Origin: the human T2T-CHM13v2.0 reference genome, Homo sapiens
Strand: one strand, 5' to 3'
Assembly (NCBI RefSeq): GCF_009914755.1
Contig: NC_060933.1
Length of the DNA: 64,000 nucleotides
This document shows positions 33,597 to 47,665 of this stretch, piece by piece. The notes beneath the pieces were generated by a model. It did no database searches. It was not told the origin of the DNA and worked only from the letters and a program-made list of their open reading frames with translations. The position numbers and the translations under genes were made by a program. Numbering within the stretch: the first letter of the stretch is position 1; each line of letters begins with the position of its first letter.

Positions 33597-34052
33597 TTTT
33601 TCTTTTTATTTCAAAAAATTTAGTTAAGGGATCTAATTGGCTTTTATTAGTGATTCATGAATTGGCCAGCATCTCATCTAAAGATTTATAAAAGACACTC
33701 CATTGGGCATGGCAGAATATTCAGTTTTCATAAGGTACCTTGAACAGGAACAAGGAAATAGCATAATACAAAAGAAAAAAACAGATTGGTTAACATCAGG
33801 TCACTTCAGGTTACCTTCTTTATAAGAATTAAAGCAGAGGGGACTTCCTTATCATACTGGCTAAAACTGGCCTGTTTGAGTGTTGCGGCTGTCATCTCTC
33901 TCTCTTGATTTCTCAGAAGGTTGAATGACGATTTCAATTTGGTAACATGGAACCTTAGCATGAGTGACCCCATTTTGGTTTGGTCTGTTCTATTAGGGCC
34001 TAATGTCAGAACTTACTTCAAAACAATGGCCTCTCATAAATTTTATTTAACC
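33597..34052 (-). mobile_element. ERV1 solo LTR of the MER31/MER67/MER93 group
   Basis: Reverse complement starts gttaaataaaatttatgagaggccattgttttg...accaaaccaaaatggggtcactcatgcta; AATAAA near the far end. Confidence 0.75.
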
Positions 34053-34084
34053 AAAGTATGTGTTCGGCCTGAAACACACAGTTC

Positions 34085-34312
34085 TGTTTATTAAGCATTT
34101 ACTTTATGCCAAGTATTACGCAAAGTATATCACAAATATCATCTTATTTAATCCCTACAATAATGCTATGAAATGAATAGTGTTATTAGCCCCACAAGAC
34201 TCAGGAAATTGATTCTTAGAGGGGTTAAGCGGGACAGAACTAGGAAATGGGAGGTCAGATTCGAACCCAAGTTTGGCTAACTCTAAGCCTACTACATATG
34301 ACACTATACTGC
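34085..34312 (-). mobile_element. MIR SINE
   Basis: tttaatccctacaataat...ggaaattga...gattcgaacccaag. Confidence 0.7.
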
Positions 34313-35639
34313 TCGTCTTGCTAAAAGTTTCTTTCCTTTCCCAAGAACAAGTACTTAATTTGAACTAATCTGGTTAATACAAAATGGTAAAAGACCTACG
34401 CACACACAAACACCTCAGTATCCTCATCCCGCTTTTGGTGACATGGTCATCAACAGACAATGCTTTGCCTTGGTTGTCTAAGTCAGGAATAACCTAGTGA
34501 AAGGAATTTTGGAACAAGTAAATAGGAAGATGAAATGCCACAAAAAAGAAGGGAGTTCTCTCTGGGTGGGCAAGGCCTTACAGAAACAAATAAAATCATT
34601 ATCAGCCAACACTTATCAAAGGCTGATTTCATACATGTCTCCTCAACTAAGAAGCCTGAGATGTAGTTCTTGACATATAATGTGGCTAAAAGGAATGGAA
34701 GGGAAATAGAAAAATGCTTATCACACTGTGAGGCAACTTCGTAGTCTACTACGTAGTTCTTCTCAATAACCTCACCAAAATATAGATCTTTATACTATTT
34801 TACAGAAAGAAACAGGCTTAAAGAGCTGGGATCTAAAATAAGATTTTTTGTGTGTCTGCATCCAAACTCTACTCTTCCTGTTTCCAGGCCTCCATTATCA
34901 TAGGACTGGAAGGAATTTGAGAGAGTCACTCAATCTCCTTTCTTTACATTTAAGTGACTTGTTCAAGGTCATACCATCCACAGAAGAAGTGGACCTAGAA
35001 CCCATGTTTCCAGTCTCATCTGGGCCCCTTTACATGATATCACTCTATTCTTCTCAAAACAAAATACAGCTTAGCTGCTTCAGGTAAACAAAGCTATTCC
35101 TTCACCAAAGCACATCTACAGATTCTGTGAGTTCATGGTTTCGTCTTTCTGGTTTTACTTCTATTTTTATATTCCTCATTGGTTAATTGGTTTCCCTTCT
35201 CAGTGGCATTGCAATTTGCATCTCAACTCCTTACAATCATAAAAGGAAAATTAGCTACCATTTATTAAGCATCAACTAAATGTCATACGTTTACATGTAT
35301 TTTCTCTTATCCTAACAACAACCCTGCCCTAAAGATATTAATTGCTCCATTTTACAGGTGAGGATATAGTCTCAGAGATGTTAAATAAGTTTCCCAAGAT
35401 CACACACAGTTAGGCATACTCACAACTATCCTAGCTTTCTTTCCACTAAGCCCTATGGCCTATGACTCAGCTCTTTGAGTAAGCATGTTGACCATCCGCA
35501 TTCTTCCGGTCTGTGAAAGGATCACCTATTTCAGGGAAAGGAAATGTAAATCAGTTTACTCAAATAAGAAGAAAAAACATCAGGTTAAGAAAGGAAAGGA
35601 GTTAAGCATTTTCTCACTCTGACCCTTAGGCTGTATTCA

Positions 35640-36268
35640 CAGTAGACCCTGGTTTCACTTTTCATGGTTTTAGTTATCTATAGACAACCACCACCTGAAA
35701 ATAGGTGAGTACAGTACAATAAGATGATTTGAGAGAGAGAGAGACCACATTCACATAACTTTTTTTTTTTGAGACACAGAGTCTTGCTCTATCCCCCAGG
35801 TTGGAATGCAGTGGCACAATCTCGACTTGCTGCAAACTTTACCTCTGGGGTTCAAGTGATTCTCGTGCCTCAGCCTCCCAAGTAGCTGGGATTACAGGCA
35901 TGCACCATCACACCTGGCTAATTTTTGGGTTTTTTTTAGTAGAGATGGAGTTCCGCCATGTTGGCCAGGCTGGTCTCAAACTCCTGACCTCAGGTGATCT
36001 GCCCGCCTCAGCCTCCCAAAGTGCTGGGATTACAGGCATGAGCCACCACACCCAGCCCCACATAACTTTTATTACAGTATATTATTATAACTGTTCAATT
36101 TTATTGTTGTTGTTAATCTCTTACTGTGCTACATTTATAAACCTTATCATAGGTATGTATACATTATAGGAAAAAAAATTATGTATAGGATTTGGTACTA
36201 CCTGAGGTTTCAGGCATCCACTGGGGGTCTTGGAATGTATCCCCTATGGTTAAGGGAGAATGACTACA
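35640..36268. mobile_element. MER44A (Tigger-family) DNA transposon split by an Alu
   Basis: aaaataggtgagtacagtacaataagat...ggtttcaggcatccactgggggtcttggaa; degenerate cagtag.../...gactac termini. Confidence 0.85.
35760..36057 (-). mobile_element. AluS (Sx-like)
   Basis: Reverse Alu with ctcctgacctcaggtgatc. TSD cacataactttt. Confidence 0.92.
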
Positions 36269-36681
36269 AACCAACGAACTGCTACTTAGCAAGAGGAAGG
36301 CATCAGGGCAGTAGCTCCTCTGGGAATAGTAAAGGTAAGTTATCAAAATATGTTTCTAATATCTCCTCATTGTATCTCAATTGAAAAATGAGAATTGTGT
36401 TTACAAAAACTTTCAGTTAATGACTGATGCGTCACAGTTCTGTGATTTTAGACAATGATTTCTTTCATTCTGTGTGGCTTTGAGCAATAAGCTTCCTCAT
36501 CTGTGTTGCGTTTCAAATAGCGTACTATTCCACCTAATTTATTACATTTTTATTACAAATCAAGACAGGGAGTTAAAAATAAATCAATCCATCTATCTGA
36601 CTTAGATTAGTTGTATAAATTCAAAATCTGAGTATGTTTCCTGTAGCTTATTTTCACACCTGACCTTGCTGCGGGAGTTTC

Positions 36682-37054
36682 TGATATGGTTTGGCTATGT
36701 CCCCATCAAAATCTCATCTTGAATTATGGTTCCCATAATCTCCACTGTCACGGAAGGGACCTGGTGGGAGGTAATTTAATCATGGGGGGAGTTACCCTCA
36801 CGCTGTTCTCGTGATGGTGAGTAAGTTCTCACGAGATCTGATGGTTTTACAATGGGCTTTTCCCCCTTTGCTCAGCACTTCTTTCTCCTGCTGCCCTGTG
36901 AAGAAGGACGTGTTTGCATCCCCTTCCACCATGATTGTGAGTTTCCTGAGGCCTTCCCAGCCATGTGGAACTGTGAGTCAATTAAACCACTTTCCTTTAT
37001 TAATTACCCAGTCCCAGTTATTTCTTCACAGCAGTGTGAGAACGGACTAGCACA
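36682..37054 (+). mobile_element. THE1C-like MaLR solo LTR
   Basis: tgatatggtttggct...gaacggactagcaca. Perfect 5-bp TSD gtttc. Confidence 0.92.
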
Positions 37055-37170
37055 GTTTCCTTCCCTGGTTTGCAAAGTCTCGGTCTCCTCCATGGTCAAG
37101 TATCTGGTAACTCACCAGACTCTGAGTTTCCTTTCCACATCAGAATCTTGACTTGTTTTCTCAAGATACA

Positions 37171-37694
37171 TGTGCTCGTTAATTTCAGGTGTCAAAGTGA
37201 CTGGATTTAGGGATGTCCAGTAGCTGGTGAAGCACTGTTTCTGTGTTTGTGTGTAAGGGTGTTTCCATGGGTCAGTGAACTGGGAGAGGAAAATCCCCTC
37301 AATGCTGGCACAACAACCAGACAGCAGGGGGCCAGGCCGGCACAAATAGGCAGAAGAAGGGGGACTCACTCTGTTTTCTCTCTCCTTTCCAGAGCAGGAT
37401 ATTTTTTCTCTTCCTGCCTTTGGACATCAGACTCCCAGGTCCTTTGGCTTTTGGACTCTGGGACTTGTCCCAGCAACATTCCAGGGGGTCCTTGAGCCTA
37501 CATTGTTGGCTTTTCTCATTCTGAGGCTTTGGACTTGGACTGGGCCACGCTACCAGCTTCTCTGGTTCTCCGGCCTGCAGTTGTCCTAACCTGGGACTTC
37601 TCCACCTCTGTGACCATGTGAGCCAATTCTTCTTACTAAATCCTCTCCCATCCAACCTCCTCATTCTGTCTCTCTGGAAAACCCTGATGAATAC
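37171..37694 (+). mobile_element. MLT2B-like ERVL solo LTR
   Basis: gttaatttcaggtgtcaa..tgactggatt...ggacatcagactcc...ctctctggaaaaccctgatgaataca. Confidence 0.85.
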
Positions 37695-38749
37695 AGTGTG
37701 TTTCTTTGTCCCCATTTCAGAGAAAAGTGCATAAAGCAGAGTTTCTTTAATTTCCCCCCAAGCTGTCTCACACAATAGGCAATCAATATTCATTAAATAC
37801 CTACTATGGGTGAACCACCACATTAGGAATTGTAAATGATATTAAGATGCAAAAGAACTTTGCCCTCAAGGGGTTTAGAATCTACCAGTCCATCCTACTA
37901 GATAACCTGATTTCTAGCTGACTTTTAATTCTCCTACAAAGATATGAAAGTAACCACATTTTCTAAAAAAGAGATTCTTCCTTTTACAAAAAGATTCACT
38001 GCACATTTCCTAAAAGTACACTAGCATATTTAAAATATGAATTAATGTGCATACAACATTTAGGGGAACATATTTATTACTTTAACAGTACTAGAAACAG
38101 TTTGGTCATTGTTTTTCTCTGTTTTACAACAGTAGGAATTAATTTTTTATGACATAAGTATTTGAATGTTATTTGTTTTTAGGTTAAAATGGGGCCTTGA
38201 AATCAGGCTATTTATTTGTTGTGAACTTCTGTTAAATGGCATCAGATATGATCATCTACTTTTCCTTTCCTCATGGCCTCTCTTTAATATGCTTTTAGAA
38301 TACTTGTTAAAATGTTTGTTTGTCTTATAGAATATCAATTTAATGTGGCCATATCTATATAAGCTGTAAAAACTACGAAACTATTATCACCATCAATATG
38401 ATATGAAACAAATATGAGATCTAATTATGCTTTACTGTAGTCATACATCACTTAATCACATTCATGAGTTACCGGTTACATAATTAAATGCCAGAGGTGT
38501 TATCAAAGATAAATTTTAAGGTCTAATTAACTGATAATAATTATGGCTCAATGTTAAGTGTATATGATAATTAGCAAGACATTAGCAGAGAAAGTTTGCT
38601 AATCTCAATATTATGACGCTATTTCTGACCTGTTGCAGCATGGATGGACTTCTGTCCGAAGAAATGGCTTCAGATTCTGAGTGGACTCAGAAAGAAAAGA
38701 TGTGGTTTATGTGCAGCAGGAATAAAATAATAGTTATAGCTCCCGGAAT

Positions 38750-39248
38750 CTTTTTTAAATTTTTTAAAATTGTGGCAAAATACATGTGACATAGAATTTA
38801 CCATCTGTACATTTTTAAGAGTACAGTTCTGTGGCATTAAGTACCTTCCTATTGTTGTGCAGCCAATCTCCAGAACTTTTTCATCATGCAAAATGTAAAC
38901 TCTATCTAGATTCATTAAACAGCAACTCCAAATTCCCTTCCCCCTGCCCTGGCAACCGCCATTCTATTTTCTCTTTCTATGGGTTTAACTACTTTAGGTA
39001 CCTTATACAAGTGGAATCCTGTGGTATTTGTCCTTTTGTAATTGGCTTATTTCACTTAGCATAATGTCATTAAGGCGCACCCATATTGTAGCATGCGTCA
39101 GACTTTCCTTCCTTTCTAAGGCTACATGATATTCCATTATGTGTATATACCACATTTTGTTCATTCATTCATTTATCGATGGATATTTGGGTTGCTTTCA
39201 CATCTTGGCTATTGTGAATAATGCTACTAACAACATGGGTATATAACT
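38750..39248 (-). mobile_element. L1MB-type 3' fragment
   Basis: Reverse L1 3' end (ttggcttatttcacttagcataatgtc; ttggctattgtgaataatgct). Confidence 0.85.
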
Positions 39249-40547
39249 GACTCCTTTCTGATTTGATATAAATAGGCACATTTTCTGGGCCAAAAAATTG
39301 ATCCTAAGTTCAACCTCCAGTAGCCCCAGTTGCCGTGGCAATGCAGGCCCCTGTGACAGATAAACTAGCCTTCTCCTTGAGACTGGTGTTCTTCCTCCTA
39401 GGAAGGAGGTTGGAAACAATCTAATATTTTTTACTGTGCTCAATGTATCAGGTTCTGTTCAGGTCGCTTTTACTTTCTATTTCTAATAACTCCTTGAAAT
39501 AAGTATTAATCTTTGCATTTTACAGATGAGGAAACTGAGGCTGAGAGTTTAATAATATGCTTACAGTCTGAAAATAATAAACAGTGAAATTGTATTAAAA
39601 TCTAAGCCTTTTTTTGCTCTAAATGCCATGTACTTTTTCCCACTACATAGACAAGCAATAGAAATAACTCTTCCCCCTTGCATTTATAGAGTCAAATCAC
39701 ACTGCTTAAGGGGCATCATTCTGCATGCCATGTTTCTACCTCTCATCTGCACTGCCCCTTCCGCTCTCTCAGTCATTCCCTATTATGTGCTTAGTCCCAT
39801 CCTAGACACGATGGGAGACTGAGGTGTAAAAGGAAGCACCAACTATAAGAAGCTCACAACCCAGTTGGGAGAAAACACAGAATTTCAAGAGAATGAGTCT
39901 CTACATGCACGTAGGAGTGGAGTCAGGGAACACAAATTCTGATTCCAATGCCATCCAATATGGATACTCTGCTAATCATTTTGCCTCTTCGTCTCTATTT
40001 ATAAATCTGGAAAATGAGGTCATTAGATTGCGTTTACCTTAGACTCTAAATTTCTGATATGTTATTGCATACCTACACACAGAGGTGACTTCAGACAAAA
40101 TGCAGAAGTACTCAATGCCATAGTATCCTCATTTGTAAAATAGAAGGTGAATATGTCTCTTGCAAGATTTGGGAGGAAATTAGATGCAATACTTCCAAAA
40201 GTGAGAATATAATCTTGAAATTCTGTTTTCCATTTGCAAGAAAAACATCCAAGGATTTTATGGACGTCCTGTGGTGACAAGGGGTAACAGATTTTATTCA
40301 GTTGTAGAGTGGAAACAAGCCTTGAAAGTCATGAAGTTTTGTGGTCCCCAAACCTAGCTGATCATCAGGATCACCTGGGGATACAGATTCCTAGTCTAGC
40401 TTCCAGAAAAATCCTGATTCAGTAGGTAAACCTGTGGTACATAGTTCTCCAACTACACTTGGACTCTAACTCCTACAGCTATGGCCCCCTTTTAGTCTTG
40501 CTTTCACCTCACACCAAGTGACAACCATACTTAAAAAGTAGTTTTCT

Positions 40548-41100
40548 GAGCAATTCCACTTCTGGGTATATACACAAAAGAACTGACAGAAAGACTCAAA
40601 CAGATATTTATGCACCCATGTTTGCAGTAGCCTTATTCACAGTAGCCAAAACCATCCAAGTGTCCATTGACAGTTCAATAGATAGACAAAATGTGGTATA
40701 TACACACACAATGAAATACTATTCAGCCTCAAAATGGAAGGACGTTCTGACACATGCTATAACACAGATGAACCTTGAGGACATCATGCTCAATGAAATA
40801 AGCCAGTCACGAAAGGACAAATATCTGATTCTACTTTTATGAGGTACCTAGAATAGGAAAATTAATAGAGACAGAAAGTTAAATGGTGGTTGCTAGGGAC
40901 CGGAGAGGAAAGAATGGAGGGTTATTGTTTAATGGGCATGGAGTTTCAGTTTAGGAAGATGAGAAAACTGCTATGGATGGTGACGATGAGTGCACAACAG
41001 TTTGAATATGTGTAATGCTACTGAACCGTACTCTCAAAAATGACTCAAATGGTACATATTATGTATATTTTACCACAAAAGAATAAAAAATTTAAAAATG
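40548..41100 (+). mobile_element. L1MB-type 3' fragment
   Basis: gcaattccacttctgggtatata...gatgaaccttgaggacatcatgct..tgaaataagccagtcac. Confidence 0.87.
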
Positions 41101-41375
41101 AACTAAACTGTAAAAAAAATAGTTTTCTGGCTGGAGGAATGAAGAGATTTATTTTGAGCTTCACCACCAACCAGGTTCTCTTCTAAACAATGAGGAGATG
41201 ATTTATTCCCTCCAAGAGCCCATGCACCTTTTAGGGAGCATGTATCATTCATTGAAATGCATCAATGAATTCCACCTACAAGGGGAAAACCACCTTGAGA
41301 GCAGCCTGCAAAAGGTTTCCATGGAGTCAAAAAAAGGAGCAACCAATGCTTCCAGGGAAGCCTGGGGATAGAGGT

Positions 41376-41720
41376 TGATATGGTTTGGCTGTGTCCCCAC
41401 CCAAATCTCATCTTGAATTCCCACGTGTTGTGGGAGGGACCCAGTGGGAGGTAGCTGAACCATGGGGGCAGGTCTTTCCTGTGCTATTCTGATAGTGACA
41501 TGAGATCTGATGGTTTTATAAGAGGGAGTGTCCTTGCACAAGCTCTTTCTCTGTGCCTGCTGCCCTCAATGTAAGACGTGACTTGCTCCTCCTTGCCTTT
41601 CACCATGATTGTGAGGCCTCCCCAGCCACGTGGAACTGTAAGTCCATTAAACCTCTTTTTTTAATAGATTGCCCATTCTCGGGTATGTCTTTACTAGCAG
41701 TGTGAAAACGGACCAATACA
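41376..41720 (+). mobile_element. THE1B-like MaLR solo LTR
   Basis: tgatatggtttggctgtgtccccacccaaatctc...aaacggaccaataca. Perfect TSD gaggt. Confidence 0.93.
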
Positions 41721-42339
41721 GAGGTAGTGGAGGAAACTGAAGGCCTCTCAGAGAAAATAACACAGAAACTGTTGACTCTTCTCCAAAGGTCTGGCCTGCA
41801 CCACTCCCCTTCACCATTCTCTGAGAACTGACATTGCCTACTCCTCTGCTACCAGGTCTTTGCTGTCACGTTCTGAAGTTCCAGGTTGAATTTTGCCAGC
41901 ACCCATTGACAGACATTTTACAGAGCGCTTAAAAATTCTTCCTCGCCCAGAGCTTAGGTCTTTCAGTAAAGTCTTATACCTAATATTTTGCAGCTATTTC
42001 TGTCTTGTTTTGCTTTTTGTTATCATTCATATACCTGTTGTGGAAAAATGTGAAAGTACATAATTAAAAAGAAATAAAAAATAAAAACACCTACAGTTCC
42101 ACCACCTGCCTTAGAAATACTAACACACACACAGACACACACACAATATTTTACATTAGTAGGGTAACACCATGCATTACCATTTTGTAATCCGCTTTTT
42201 CCACTGCACTCTGTTTTGACTCCTATAGATATTTGTAGCTGGGGAGAGATTGAAGCCAGATTCTAACATTTGCCATTTGCCCGCACACACGCAATTCTCA
42301 TGCCCAGGTTTTCTAAAGGCCTTGATTCCTAAAGAGGAG

Positions 42340-43173
42340 TCATTAGTCCATTTTGTGTTGCTATAAAGAAATACCTGAGGTTGAGAAAATTATTTTTTAA
42401 ACAGCTTATTTGGCTCACAATTCTGATGGCTATAGGTTAAAGATTAAACATCTGCGTCTGATGACAGCCTCAGTCTGCATCCACTCATGGTGGAAAGTGA
42501 AGGGGAGCCAGTGTGCGCGGAAATCACATGGTAAGCAAGGAAGCAGGAGAGAGGGAGGAGGTGCCAGGGTCTTTTTAACAACCAGCTCTTGCTGGAGCTA
42601 ATAGAGAATGAATTCATACCCACCCCAAGGGAGAGCATAAATCTATTCATGAGAGATCTGCCCCCTCACAACCCTGTGGAGGTTAAAGCAACTCTATCTT
42701 GGAAGCTAATCCGCCATGCTGACTTCTGATTAACCCCAGTTCCAGAAAGACCTCTAAGAGTTTCAGTTTACCTATTGTTTCTGTGTAAGAGCAGATACTT
42801 AGAGTAAATCCTGCCCTTGGGTCAAAGAACCTTGATGTTATTGTACTTCAATTGTCCTGCACATTCCTCTGAATCACCCCTTCCCTATAGTACACTAGCC
42901 CTGGGTCTAGGGGGTAATGGCGTGCCATCCTGTCTCACCACTGCCTGAGACACAGACATGGCTTTTGTCCCTGTTAAATGTTTCTAAGGAAGTAGATATG
43001 TCAATGTCTTTCTTCAGCCTCTCAGTTTCCTCAGACTTTGGGGGTAGGTTTGCATAGACCCACCCACTGTGGAAAAGACCTAAACAACTCCCACTAGGCC
43101 CCACCTCCTCACTGGTAATCAAATTTCAGCATGAGATTCGGTGAGGACAAATAAATACTAACCAAACCATAGC
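42340..43173 (-). mobile_element. MSTB-like MaLR LTR interrupted by an LTR47
   Basis: ttagtccattttgtgttgctataaagaaatacctgag... resumes after the insert as aaacaactcccactaggccccacctcc...aaaccatagca. Confidence 0.82.
42675..43076 (+). mobile_element. LTR47A-like solo LTR nested in MST
   Basis: tgtggaggttaaagcaactctatcttggaagctaatccgccatg start. Degenerate TSD aaccc/gacct. Confidence 0.72.
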
Positions 43174-44201
43174 AAGGGGTAAAGCAGGGACCGCCGATGG
43201 AAGGGTCCAGGAGCCAGAGACTGAGGGCAAAGCAAGGAAAAGCAGCTTTCTGCCTCTCTTTTCCCTGTGCCACTGCTTTCCCTCCCCTCCCCTCACAGCT
43301 ACCCTTCCAGACACAGTGCACTAAAACTCCAGCCCTTTGGAGTGTGCCTGCCCTGCCAGGAATCAGGCACGATGCCATCCCAGCAGATGGGCCAGAAAAT
43401 AGGTAGTCAATGTTCATTTCCATGGACAAATAGGAGTATCAAGAGTGGATGTTGAAAACAGGACTCCTAGGTAAGAATTTATCCTTCAACGCTCATATCA
43501 AGACAGACACAGTCAGGATTCTAGCTGAGGGACAAATTCACTCTGACCCAAGAGAAACAGCTGTCAAGTCTTGGGGAAAAATGCTTCTGTGGAGAGGAAA
43601 GGGCAGCAGTGAGGCCAACGGCCTCTCTGGTGGGTTCCCCTCGCATTCTGCAGAATCCCTCTTCAAGCCAAAACCAGCTTGCTCGGCCCAGCCGGCGCTG
43701 GATAAGCAGACCATTAGAATGCAGAGCCTCACTCCGCATGCTCTCCAGATACATAAAGAGTCCATAACATTTGGGCTGCAGACCCAACTCATTATTTGCT
43801 ATGAAAGTTTATGCAGCCACAAAATTAAATGGGAAAAGCACATTAGGAAGGGTTTGCAACCTACTTAACTCATGCCTGACAACAGCAAAAGACCACAATG
43901 TAGCTGTCAGCTTAGTCATTCTCCTTCTCACTTTAAGTCACAGCTAGTTCTTTGGGAGAAAGCTCCATACAAACATGAGTTCCTCTCACATCCCAGGGGC
44001 TGTCCCCTGTGGCCTGGGATCCCACAACCACGGTAAGCGAGCCATTCTTGCCAGGATACCACCAGGCTCTCTACTCCAGCTACCACTTTGCAAAAGGGGG
44101 CTGATTTCTACAGACCTCTCTGGGTCATTTTAAATAACGTCTGAAAATTCCCATTCAGCCACAGATGAAGTCTTTTAACAAGATCGTTTCTTTTACTAAA
44201 T

Positions 44202-44440
44202 CATAGTCAGTGAACTATGCACCAAGGCCAAATCCAGCCCCTTATCTGTTTTTTTGTTTGTTTTGTTTTGTTTTGTTTTGTTTTTAACAAAGTTTAATTG
44301 AAACACAGCCCCATCTTATGTGTTGGCTGTGGCTGCTTTCAGTCTACTAGGGCAGAGTTGAAAAGTTGCAACAGAGTGTGTATGGTCAATAAAGTTAAAA
44401 ATACTTAACTAATTTTTATAGAAAAAGTTTGTCACTCCTC
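44202..44440. mobile_element. MER58A hAT MITE
   Basis: ggccaaatccagccc...gaaacacagcc...gaaaaagtttgtcactcctc. Perfect 8-bp TSD tactaaat (44194-44201 / 44441-44448), typical of hAT. Confidence 0.88.
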
Positions 44441-44694
44441 TACTAAATCACTGTATGTATTAATATTTGTTGTTGTTATTTAAAAAAAAAACCTTTGTTG
44501 TTGCTTATTATAGAAAAGGCCTGAAAGAACTGGTTATACAGGTTTTTTTTCTTTTTACATATGTATATTTTCATCAAATGTTATGTACTTTCTGTAATTT
44601 AGGGAAAAACATTTTTATCGAAAAGGTGAAGGAATGTATGCCTTTGTAATGGAAAGAGAATCTGCAGGACTGATTGCAGATGTACAGATGATAC

Positions 44695-45087
44695 TTCTCT
44701 TATTTCATTTGTGTTGCTTTAACAAAATACCTGAGGCTGGGTAATTTATAAAGAACAGAAATTTATTTCTCACGGTTCTGGAGGCCGGGTCCTAGCAGCT
44801 TTGTTGTCTGGTAAGAGTCCGGCCTCTGCTTCAAAGATGGTGCCAAGGAGGCCCTGCACCCACTGGAGGGAATGAATGCTGTGTACTCACATGGAGGAAG
44901 GTGGAAGGACAAGCCAGCAGAACACTGCTTGAAATGTCTTCTTTGAGGGCCTTAATCCCATTCCTGAGAGAGGAGCAAGCCCACAAAGTCCAATTACTTC
45001 TTAAAGGCCCCACCTTTTGCTACAACCACATTGGCCTTTAAGTTTCAGCACCTGAATGTTGGAGGGGACACATTCAAACCATCACAA
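44695..45087 (-). mobile_element. MSTC/MSTD-like MaLR solo LTR
   Basis: aatacctgaggctgggtaatttataaagaacagaaatttatttctcacggttctggagg...acattcaaaccatcaca. Confidence 0.83.
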
Positions 45088-45160
45088 TGCTAAAACTAGA
45101 TCAAATTTTCCATTTTCCTCCGTGGGTAAAGGTGAACTTCTTATGATGACAAATACAGTT

Positions 45161-45902
<742 letters not shown>

Positions 45903-46534
45903 AAAAAAAAAACTATAAAGAACACACACACAAAAGTATGTGATTCTTTGTGGATAAATTATTTTAAAACATCAGCCCAGCCTCTAAATGAGGTTCCAGG
46001 AAGAAACAGACTTTTTGGAAGCTGAATAGATCCTAGAGCTCACTATTTCAACCTGCTTATTTTATACATAAGAAGAAGGTATTTTAAATAGCCCACTCTA
46101 TAGAAAATGGTTCAATGTCCTATCTTTCAGCATAGTCTGTTTTATATTGGGAGCATCATTGACTTTAGAGCTTTAGGTGCCTTGACAATGGCTCAATCCA
46201 TGGGGCACAGAGAAGGTTTTAGTGTAAAAAATGAGCCTTAAATGTTGGGAACACTCTTTAGAGCGGGGCCCAGATTCATCAGTGATAGGATTTTCAGGCA
46301 TAAGTCAAATGAAAACTCCATCCTTTATTTCTACGAGACGTGTAAGATATCAGGCCCAGGCTGGATTTCAATTTACCAGATAAAGTCATGGAAGCTAAGG
46401 AAGTAATGAAGTAACATTTCTTGAGCAACTACTATGTGAAATAGTACTACTAGCAATATCATGATTCTATCAATGTTTTAATTTTTTTTTTTTAACTTAC
46501 CCTGACTTGAAGCTCAATATCAATGTTTTAAAAA

Positions 46535-47238
46535 GTTAGTTTGAGTAGGAGAGTGAAGGCTGGTTTGGAGGCCAAGAGGCTAGTTAAGAAGTTACTAATT
46601 GTCCAGGTAATGATAGCAGGAATAGAAATAAGGGAAGAGATATGTTGCATGGTCAAACAAGGAAGCACAGAACCTAGCAATTGCAAAGAAAACAAAGATG
46701 TTTCCAGACTGAAGGAGTCAGAGGAAGAGGAGCCCGTTAACCAAGAGAGTCAGTCAGGACAAGTGAGAACAGAAGATGGAAATAGCAGAGAAGCCAGTGA
46801 GCAAAACTGGACTTGCAGAGTTTGAGATGCTGTTGGCATTCATATGGAGCCGTCCACCAAGTGGGTGAAATTCAGGTTTGAATCTCATTAGCAGAAAAAG
46901 GGCTAAAGATGTGAACTTAGGATTTATCAGTAAAGATCTGATCATAGGAGCTGGAGAAGAAAAAGAACCCAGGAAATGATAATATCTTGAGGGTGGATAG
47001 GGACACAGAAGCCAGCACAGCCCAGTGGGAAGAAGGGCAAGGGAAGAACCGGGAAAGCCTAGTGCTGAAGAAGCTAAAGGAGAGGAAAGCTCCCAGAAGC
47101 AACAACTGACCAGCAGCACTAAATCCTACAAAGAGAATAATTTGGAGAGATCACTGGAGACTGCCCCAAACCAGACCAGTGGAAGAGAAGTCATCCTGCA
47201 GAGTTGGGAGTAAGTAGACTATGAGGAAGTGGACTCTA
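46535..47238 (-). mobile_element. L2 LINE fragments
   Basis: Purine-rich reverse L2 motifs (gagtttgagatgct, gtccaggtaatgat). Confidence 0.6.
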
Positions 47239-47239
47239 G

Positions 47240-47665
47240 CAGTGAAATGAGTTTGATTTCTTGGTGGGTGTTATTACCACAACCAAAGAGGATTTAACAA
47301 GGGGATTTTATTACTTGCAACAACACGTAAGGAGAACACAGGGGGTCGTTCCCAAAGCAGTGTTTCTTGGAAGAAAGATGGAAAGGGGGCTTTTATTGTG
47401 CTAGTTGGCTGAGTTTTTGTATGTAAAGGCAGGGTAAAGGCAGCACAGGTACAGTCCCCAATCACGTTGCTTCATATGCCACATGTATGGGAAATAGTGA
47501 ACAAGCTCCTCCCTGGGCGGGGTTTTTAGTATGGTAATTTGGAGAGTTCACCAAAGTTCATCTCTAACTCAGGCATCTCTGGTTCCAGCGACTTTTTGTT
47601 TTGCCATAGCTGGACTTCTTCCTGGAACATTTTGAAACACCGAAACTCAAGGTGCCACAGTTACA
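47240..47665 (-). mobile_element. LTR32-like solo LTR
   Basis: Reverse complement begins tgtaactgtggcaccttgagttt and contains gcaagtaataaaatccccttgttaaatcc. Confidence 0.6.

Noticed and set aside
37299-37823. 174-aa ORF and a CTCF-like acagcagggggcc at ~37321
   Set aside because: The ORF is antisense MLT2 sequence, and the motif is a weaker partial match.
43698-43708. cgctggataag shared with 11461-11471
   Set aside because: An 11-mer match is expected by chance many times in 64 kb.
43449-43868. 139-aa ORF in moderately GC-rich unique DNA
   Set aside because: Non-ATG start, no splice context and no recognisable homology.
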